Assembly (NCBI RefSeq): GCF_006345805.1
Contig: NC_043015.1
Coordinates: forward strand, 9,672,001 to 9,736,000
Reading direction: 5' to 3'
DNA length: 64,000 nucleotides
Source: Octopus sinensis
Taxonomy: Eukaryota
Both the position numbers and the translations under genes were made by a program. Under the pieces are notes generated by a model. It saw nothing but the letters and a program-made list of their open reading frames with translations. It was not told the origin of the DNA and ran no database searches. Of the stretch, positions 55,203-64,000 are shown piece by piece; the stretch's first letter is position 1, and every line of letters starts with the position of its first letter.

Positions 55203-55790
55203 TCTTGAAAGTGCACTTAGACATATGTTTACAACGGCTGAATATTTCAGACCTAGTGTTCAGTAGTGAGTTAGAGATCGTAGATCTGTAAAGGATATGC
55301 AGTCTTTCAGTTAAACATAATTTCAGATTATTTGAGTTGTTAACATAAGGTGTGGACTGTTCTTAATAGCTTTGCATTTATCCATATATCGAAGGGGGAT
55401 ATATGATTGGCATAGCTAGTGCTAAATCCACGTACATATAATCCAATATAGGTGTTTTTATGTGTTGTATGACCATCTAGCGTTGCGATAACCTCTAGCT
55501 CGTATATGACAGATTAAAACATTCATTGGTCAAGTGCACAGTATCCTGGTTCTCGACACTTACAGCTGGAATTAGGGTTTGCTACAGACTTCGTGTCATG
55601 AAACTCTTCATATTGTGGCAGCAGCTATATGATAATTTCACAGAAGGACTATAAAAAGTTTTCCTGCATCTGTGAGTCACTGGAAAGTGTTTGTTTATGA
55701 GGAGCAGGAAACTTTTTGCCAAAGTTCATCTCTCCGCTGTTCTTACTAGTGTTAAGACGAAAGATTTTTTTGTATATTTTTGCCCGCACC
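55203..55790 (-). mobile_element. Penelope-like element remnant: linker and GIY-YIG endonuclease pseudogene
   Basis: Minus strand, with frameshifts: NFGKKF/LLLINKHFPVTHRCRKTFYSPSVKLSYSCCHNMKSF, CKCREPGYCALD, SVIYELEV..KNTYIGL..YANH, LCLTERLHIL..LLNTRSEIFSRCKH. These match the conserved PLE C-terminal motifs (KHFP, VKLSYSC, CxC..CPL, GIY-YIG, LLNKRSE..CRH). Confidence 0.8.
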
Positions 55791-56084
55791 CATTCTAGCA
55801 AGTATATATATACACTGAAGCGCTATATTGCGTAGTATTGATATCGACAGCTATTTCCAGCAAATATAGGTGCCTTTACCATTATATTCTATTTGTAATT
55901 CAAAATTTACGGTGCTCTACTTAGCTGGAAAACAATACTATTGTATTACATTATAATTTATAATATATATATAATATATATATATATATACATAGAGAGA
56001 GAGAGAGAAACAGAGAGACATACCAGACAGAGACAAACAGAGATATACATATGTTTGCACATAACTATTTCTATAAAATAATAC

Positions 56085-56336
56085 TAAATGCGCCATTATA
56101 AAGTCTAGCCAGTCTCATGGGCCCGGTTTCCCGGTTTCTATGGCGTATGTGTTCCCCAGCTGGACGGGACGCCAGTCCATCGCAGCGATACTCATATTTG
56201 CCAGCTTGATGGACTGCAGCAATGTGAAATGAAGTGTTTTGCTCAAGAACACAACGCGTCGCCCGGTCTAGGATTCGAAACCACAATCTTACGATCATGG
56301 TGCTGACACCCTAACCACTAAGCCATGCACCTCCAC
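56085..56336 (-). mobile_element. tRNA-derived SINE family C, full length
   Basis: A box tggcttagtggttag, B box gtttcgaatcc, ttgagcaaaacactt, and a V-like domain gcgatggactggcgtcccgtccag. Confidence 0.88.
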
Positions 56337-57348
56337 GAATATTTCTATGCATACTGCAAATTAGATAAGGCTGAAATAATGTCAACGCTTATGGCTTAGC
56401 CATTAGAATTGTTAGGACACGATTCCTTCTCAATTCATCGAGGCCAAAGAAGAATGACAATTATACAATGTGATTTCTTCTTCTACCGGCAAAATTTGCA
56501 TTTACATAATTATATATAGCATTCATCTTAAATAGTTATATAAGTGCTAACTTATCCTACGCTTCTCACTCCCCCACACACTCTCTCTCTCTCTCTCTGT
56601 ATAAGTGTGTGCGTGTGTATTTTATGAATATATATGTGCGTATTTATATGTGTATTGTATGTATGTATATTTAAATGTGCATTCTTATATTCGAATATCT
56701 AAATATGCGAAGGTACACTAAGACCCTTCTGCATGATATGAAAGTTAAACTAAAGTGTATGCTTAAATTTCGTTAGAATATGTTGTTCATGATCGACATA
56801 GTAATAGGAAATGTATTCAAATATATTCGTAGGAAAACGTCGTCCAAATTCTACGCTATATTTATGCAGTCTTCTATCCGTCAGTAGGTGTTTGAGTTGA
56901 AGATTGATTCTGTTAATTTATTTATTCGTCTAGACACTCACTAGTCATGATTGTATAGGATAATTCTGATCGAAACTTGAAGACTAACATTTGTCGAGAT
57001 AAGAATTGCATATGTAGTTTCTAATTTTAACCATATATAAAATTCTATAAAGTAATGTTTGAAAGATATTTATATAAAATAAAATCAATTCTAGTATTTG
57101 TAACTAAATTATAATCATCTATGTTAAAACATCAAGTTAAGTACTTTCGCTTCTATTATACCAACAGATAAATATGGAGAAGCTTATAAAAATTTGTCCG
57201 TCAGCAATCGTATGCAATCGATAATATATATTATATTAATATAATATAAATCTGACTGAGCCCTTGTATATGCATTAATTGAAATAAAATGTATATTTAA
57301 TTGTTAAATATATTTGCGTCGCTTAGAATTGAATTAATATCTATTAGA

Positions 57349-57363
57349 ATAATAATGATAATA

Positions 57364-57419
<56 letters not shown>

Positions 57420-57491
57420 TAATAACAATAATGATAATCATCATCATCATCATCGTCATCATCATCATCATCATCATCATCATCGTCATCG

Positions 57492-57554
<63 letters not shown>

Positions 57555-57591
57555 ATATTATTATTAACATTATTATTATTATTATTATTAT
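57349..57591. repeat. (TAA)n-(CAT)n-(TAT)n compound microsatellite
   Basis: Direct observation. Confidence 0.97.
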
Positions 57592-59528
57592 TCTATGTTT
57601 GACTTTTGCTTTATATTTGTACAAGTTGGCTCCAAGTCTCACCCAGAGACCTCAAGAGACAACAGGGTTGGAAGTTCATGTTGTTGTTATGCCTAGTGTG
57701 CCATATATTTGGGGGGTGGGGATGTTGTACTAATGAATGTCTAAAAAGAAAAAAAAAGGTTTTTTTTTTTTTTTAAACCGAAAATTATGTTTGTTTTAAA
57801 CCTTGAGATTACATAGAGAGTATTTTGCGTAGGATATGAGCAGTTCCATGGGCACTATCTTTTGAACTTCTGCCATTTTTGGGTTTCCTGGTATCTGAGT
57901 TAGGTAGCTATCAGCCCCTTTTGCTATCATTCCCAGGGCACCTATGACAACAGGTATTGTTTTAGTCTTCAGCTTCCACATTTTGCTGATTTCTATTTCA
58001 AGATCTTTATATTTGCTCAGTTTTTGGTAGGTCTTGACAGATACGTTTATATCGATTGGGACAGTCATATCAATGAGGAGGCATGTTCTTTGTTTGAAGT
58101 CTTTCAATATGATGTCTGCCTATTTGCATCTATCTTCCGTCAGTTTGAATGGTGAAGTTCCAAAGGAGTGAGATGTGGTCATTTTCAAGCACTGGGGGTG
58201 GTTTGTGTTCCCACCAGTTTTTTTCATGGGGCAAATCCAGGTTTTTACAGATTACCCAGTGAATATATTGTGCAGCTCTATCGTGCCTGTTGAGATACTC
58301 TGTAGGCGCTAGAAGACTGCACTTGGAGACCACATGGTCAATGGTTTCAGTTTGTTGCTTGCATACACGACACGTTGGACTGCTTCTGATCTTTAATATG
58401 TTGGCCTGGTAGTTTCTTGTTGGTAGGCATTGATCTTGAGCTGATATGATAAACCCCTCTGTTGGGTCAGGGCTTTGTCGATATCTGCATTATTCTCTTT
58501 GGGTATTTGCCATAGAGAGGTTTTTCTTGCCATTTATTATTCAGAATATCTAAGGCCGCAGTTTTGGCACGGGTTTTCATGCGCCTAGCTTTTTCTGTGC
58601 TTGTTTCTTGTATATCTATCTCTAATTCCGAAATTGGTTGTATTCGGAATTCACTTAGATATTCCTTTGCCTGTTTTGTGACTGAGTATGATGCTTTCTT
58701 GTTTTCATGTTTTGAGACAAGTTTTAGCATCCAGTCCTCAGAGTTTTTCAGGTAGGTGTCTAGGCCAATTGTAGCAATCTTCATTGTTATTGCCAGTTGC
58801 AAAAGACCACGGCCTCCCTCTTTTCTTGGCAGATAGAGTCGTTCTGTATCTGCCTTAGGGTGGTGCATTCTATGCATTGTCAACAGTTTCCTTATTTTTT
58901 GTCGAGCTGACATATTTCAGTAATTGACCAGTTAACAATATTGAAACTGTAAGTCACGACTGGTATAGCTAATGCATTGATTGCTTCGATCCTGTTTCTT
59001 GCATTCAGCTCTGTCTTGAGTATTGCTCTCACTCTTCGATAGCATTCTCTCCTGATCCTTTCCTTCATCTCTGAATGCCTTATTCCGTTCCCTTCAATTA
59101 TCCCTAGGTACTTGTAGCTCTCCGCTGGGTCTAGTTATTTTATGACATTCTGTTGGTCAAGGTTAACGTTAGATGTTTCTGTCATTTTTCCTTTGATAAA
59201 GGTAGCCTTTGCACTTTATCGAGGCCGAATTGCATTCTGATGTCGTCACTGAATTGTTTGACTATCGCTAGTAAGCCCTTGAGTTGTTGATCATTTTTTG
59301 CAAAAAGCTTTAAATCATCCATGTAAACGAGATGATTTATATTTTTATCAAACATTTTATACCCGTACTGCGCGTCATTAAGCAGCTTTGAGAGAGGTAT
59401 TAAGGATAAACAAAAGAGGAGTGGCGACAGTGAGTCACCCTGGAAAATGCCACACCAAATTTTTACATCACCAGCATTTAGGGATTCACTGTCACTGTTC
59501 AGAGTTAGTGTGGTTCTCCATGATCTCA

Positions 59529-59530
<2 letters not shown>
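57592..59530 (-). mobile_element. 5'-truncated R4/Dong-like non-LTR retrotransposon (RT and RLE) inserted in (TAA)n
   Basis: GIFQGDSLSPLLFCL, HLVYMDDLKLF, LYLPRKEGGRGL, zinc-knuckle region CRVC..HVVSKC, YLNRHD, LLIDMTVP, KLSKYKDL, PVVIGALG. (TTA)n on both flanks. Confidence 0.95.
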
Positions 59531-59600
<70 letters not shown>

Positions 59601-60439
59601 TACATAACATACATATAATACATATAGAGATGTAAACTGAAGTATCAGTACTTCCGAATATCTCACACATGAGAGGAATAACAATATTACAAATACTCAC
59701 TGAAATCTCTATATGTGTATCAATTATTGTTGTGTGTGTATGCGTGTGTGTGTGTGTACATATATATACCTTCAGAGAAAGCCTGGTATACAAGTTGAAA
59801 CTCTTCAAGTGTGTACACAACCAGTATAGATGATAAAACAGATAAAGTTCTATCAAGTAACTTTAAACCGTAGTATATTATACACCCCTTCTCGTGTTGA
59901 GATCAATGTAAATTTTAATAGGTTGATAGCAGCTGTACTGCGCATTGTGGAGCAAATAAAATTGCAAAATATAGGGTTAAAAATATGAGGATGCAAGGGA
60001 TACAAACGTAAACAATTACTACGTATGTTTCGTAGCTAAAGAATATATGTTACGGATTTTGTAACACGTATAACAACCATTAAACCAATTGTCATTAGGC
60101 AAGTAACAATAAAATGGAAATTTGTGAATATGCTTACAAAGGCCAGTTCACTTAAGGATAAAAAGACTAGGTTGAAGAATGAGGGATGAGAAAGTTTGGC
60201 AGCGAGGCCATAAAATCCTGAACTTTGGCGTTGAGGAAATAGTGAAAGATAGACCTATGAAAATAATGCAGTATCATTAAAAGTAAACACCATTGATATA
60301 ACCAATGTCTATAGAAACAGAGTTTCTATAGCACGCTTCATTATTTTGCTCTGGGGAATAATCTACATCTTTATCAGCTACCAAAGCTATCATCAATCAT
60401 CCTACTCCAAAACCTAACTATTTTGACCATAAGCAATAT

Positions 60440-60740
60440 AAAGTTAAGATGTCTACATTCTGGTGCTGCACACTCTAAAATCTATGAGCATTTTCTTTAA
60501 TCTCGTAATTCAAACTGTAGTATCCCAGTATCCTGGGGACGTCTGAAGCAATCCATCTGTTTTGCTCTTTACTAATCATAGACCTCGCCTTATTCGAAAG
60601 CATTCTTGTTGCTACTGTTCACATCTGGGACCACCAATATAACTTCTGATTCTAGGAGTGTAGTTTTTGTCTTTGGATCCAGGTCTTTCCGGAATCGCAC
60701 AGCCGATCTTTTGTCGCCATTCACGCTTGAAATAGAGAAA
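60440..60740 (-). mobile_element. Old L1/Tx1-like APE endonuclease remnant
   Basis: AVRFRKDLDPKTKTTLLESEVILVVPDVNSSNKNAF resembles the APE strands (AILVRK..GRLVVLDV). Stops follow. Confidence 0.35.
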
Positions 60741-61041
60741 AGTAAATGTAGTATCAACCAAAAATATGAATGAAATTATTTGATTACGGAAGTCTTGTTT
60801 AGCCGATAGTTGAAACCTCTATATCTAACGCCCTCATGCCATTGAGTAAGTAATACTCTTTCCAAGCAGATCCCGGGCCACGATCATTTATACTATTGTG
60901 ACCAAAATATACATTATTTTTTAAGGAGGATCAGGTGTTTTTTCTCTCAAGCTAGATGTAAGAATATGAACGAATAGTTTCTTCTATACAATTTGCATCT
61001 AAAATGTCTTTTTCTTATTTTTAATGTGTTGCATGTCTGAA

Positions 61042-61460
61042 AGGCGGTGCGCTGGCGGAAACGTTAGCACGCCGGGCGAAATGCTTAGCGGTATTTCATC
61101 TGCCGCTACGTTCTGAGTTGAAATTGCGCTGAGGTCGACTTTGCCTTTCTTCCTTTCGGGGTCAATAAATTAAGTACCAGTTACGCACTGGGGTCGATAT
61201 AATCGACTTAATACCTATGTCTGTCCTTGTTTGTTCTCTCTATGTTTAGCGCTTTGTGGGTAATAAAGAAAGAGGTATTTCGCTCGCCTTTACGCTCTGA
61301 GTTCAAATGCCACCGAAGTCGACTTTCCCTTTCATCCTTTCGGAGTCGATAAATTAAGTACCAGTGAATTAAGTACCACTACTCGTTAATCACTGAGATC
61401 AGTGTAACCGACTATCCCCTACCCTAAAAGTTTAGGCATTGTGCAAAAATTTGAAACTAA
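61042..61460 (+). mobile_element. Tandem SINE family A copies (one full, one partial)
   Basis: Head ggcggtgcgctggcggaaacgttagcacgccggg. The core gtcgactttgcctttc.tcctttcggggtc.ataaattaagtaccag occurs twice (61134, 61318). Confidence 0.9.
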
Positions 61461-63147
61461 TGTGATGTCTGTTGTGAAATCTGGGTATATCTTTTAGGGG
61501 TTGAATTTGGTGTACGTTAACGTAATGAAGTAATTGCATATGGTGTTAGTATCTTTGCGTAGGTGCTCGATTTGTGCTTCATTGTTCGTGTTGATGGCGG
61601 TGTGTATAGTAATGTTTCGTTTTTTTTTTGGCTGGGAGAAATATCGTAATTAAGGAAATGTTTGTTCTTAATGATAATGATGTCTTTGATAGCCGTGGTG
61701 ATGGTGGTGACGGGGATGGTGGTGCTGATAGTTCTGTGGAGCTGTTGCTCGAAGTCACCTTTTCTGTTTCGTCGTTTATCCGATTCTTTTTCTTAATTGC
61801 GCATTTTTTTGCCTCTTTTTCTTTTCTTTTCCTTTGTTACTGTTTGCCATTTGATGTAATCCCATTCACCTCCACTACATGACATATATGTGAGATGTGA
61901 GTCGGAGAGTGTTTTGTCTTGTGGGGTTTTCTTAAGTATATTTGGTGACAGGGCTTTGGATTTCTGATACCATTTTCTCTGCTGTGTATGATGGTGTATA
62001 CCTTTGTTTTGGTGTATTTTCTGCTATTTTATTTGCTTCCAATTTTTTTTTCTTCTTACAGTTTTTACTACTGCTACTGCTGCAGCTGCTGCTTTATATA
62101 TTACGTTTACTTTTGACTTATTCATGTTGCTGGTGTGGCTGCCTTCCTCTCTTTGGGATGTTGCTGCTGCTGTTTCTGCTTTTATTTCGTCTCTATATTT
62201 TGTATACGACTGTTCACATATTAATTTGCAGGTAGGCGGATCTTGTATGTTTAACGTCACATTTCTCCAACATATTCTTTGCACACCATTGTTCTTTTAA
62301 GCCGATATAAATTTAATCGCTCACTTGACACTTCCTGTCGGCGAGACAGCTAAATATAGATTTACAAGCATTATTTTCATTGTTGTTGGTTTTTTTTATC
62401 TCAATGCCGTTCTGGCTGTCACGGGTGTATTGAATGAGAAATTAATTTTTTGGAATTTTTGCCTGTTCTTTCATATATTATGTTGTTGATATCAGTGTCA
62501 TCATTGCTTCTATAGGTTTTTTTCTTTTTCCATTTGCCCCGCGGAGGTTATTGTACTTTATTGTATTTGTTGTAGTGTATAATGGTGGTGGTGGTGGTGG
62601 TGGTGGTGGTGGTACTAGTGATAGTGATGGCGGTGTTAGTGGTAGTGTTGCATTTGCCTTTTTGCCTTTATCATTATATGTACATTGTGTGTTAATGGTA
62701 AAAAGTTGATAGTGGAGTGGACATATTTTCATAATATATGTTGAAAAACGCATTATCTTCCTTGATTTCGGTGGCCATGTCGTTCACCTTTTTAAATGAT
62801 GTGAAATATTGAATTATAAATTTCAAAATTTTGCTATTAAAAAGTCAACCAACTACTTCAAAGCAACCGACAGGAAGCAAAATGAGCTGGGTAATTTAGT
62901 AGATAATCCAACAAATGTGCAAATAGGAAACTCTTAAAACGCAATTTACGCAAAATTTATGAACTTCGTACAAGAGAGCTCCTCTCCTTTAAAATACAAA
63001 TTCAAATGGAAATGCACATACTAATGGTGATGATGATTTTAATGATGCTGATGATGACGGTGACGACGACGATGACGACAACGATGACGACGGCGATGAA
63101 TATGACAAATCCCACAACGACAACCACGACTACCAGAAAGGCGACAA

Positions 63148-63354
63148 TCATAATAATATTTTTACTGAGCACACGGACCAAAAGAAGCAAGGACAGCGGT
63201 GGTCTTTTACATAAATGCGTGTAAAGAAAACGATAGCTGGCAAAACAATTATGATGACCAAGCAAATTAATAGGAACATTGAACGAATGCCGCACAGCGT
63301 AGACACCCAATTCACCAAGTTATGCACACTGCCCCATATTATCATCCCACACGC
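63148..63354 (-). CDS. Possible terminal exon of a multi-pass membrane protein gene
   Basis: Acceptor cttctttttatcag, then open frame CGMIIWGSVHNLVNWVSTLCGIRSMFLLICLVIIIVLPAIVFFTRIY..* with a strong hydrophobic helix, in non-repetitive sequence. Confidence 0.3.
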   Translation of the reverse strand, partial: ACGMIIWGSVHNLVNWVSTLCGIRSMFLLICLVIIIVLPAIVFFTRIYVKDHRCPCFFWSVCSVKILL

Positions 63355-64000
63355 TGATAAAAAGAAGTGGGTCTCTCACTCGGTTATTCTCGACATTGTT
63401 GTTTACACCAGTAATATAAATCTATGGATTGATGGGGAAAATCATATTCTTTATGCAGAGCTTCCCTTTATGGTGGGATTTGAATATGCGAAGGGCGTTT
63501 GGTGTCTAAACAGATGAAGTGTTGCAGTCGCCACGCATCCGCTTTCATCGTCCCAATCGTATAGAAAACCTGTTTGTACTTCACGGCGATAAAAGGGTTG
63601 ATGGCGAACATTAAAACTGAGACGGCTGAATTAACTCCACAACTGAACTATGATTGCCGAGTGTATGATAGAGTCTGTGTACGACTCGAGCAGACGTAGA
63701 TAACTTTACTGCTGTGCAGTTAGATTTTATCCCAAATAGATATTTTCTGCAAGCATGAAAATCTTCCATACGGGCCCCAAGAAGAAAGTCCTCCGGAGAA
63801 GACGCAGCCAGTTGATTTTCCTTGACTGTCAGTTTCCGTGTGAATGTTGTTAGACAAATTCACCACTAGTATTATTTACACTATAAGGGAACAAACACTA
63901 AGTGCATTTCTCGAATGGAAAAATAGTTATGTACGCCTGATAGCATTTTGGATGACAGGCACCATGCCTCAGTATTCACATGCCATGTATCGTGTGTCAG

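Noticed and set aside
59182-59856. Longest ORF (224 aa)
   Set aside because: A chimeric read-through of flank, (TAA)n and a truncated RT; not a gene.

Overview
AT-rich, microsatellite-dense animal genomic DNA. The SINE families and repeat landscape look like an octopus (coleoid cephalopod) genome; this is an inference. Almost all ORFs in the supplied track are repeat artefacts or transposon debris. The window holds: a full-length degenerate Tc1 element; two further Tc1/mariner 5' fragments; R4/Dong-type LINEs, two of them in (TAA)n tracts; a rearranged CR1/L2-type LINE with a ~210 bp foldback; non-autonomous Helitron-like elements; three tRNA-derived SINE families; and a Penelope-like GIY-YIG remnant. 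Three phase-compatible exons on the minus strand (41172-40099) appear to be the 3' end of a host gene. The most notable signal is a dispersed set of short non-coding elements, mostly next to (TA)n tracts, that carry type I hammerhead ribozyme motifs. Three motifs look intact and about six are degenerate. Most have a different palindromic helix III, and many sit in long inverted repeats or perfect palindromes. They look like a radiation of non-autonomous Penelope-like/retrozyme-like elements.
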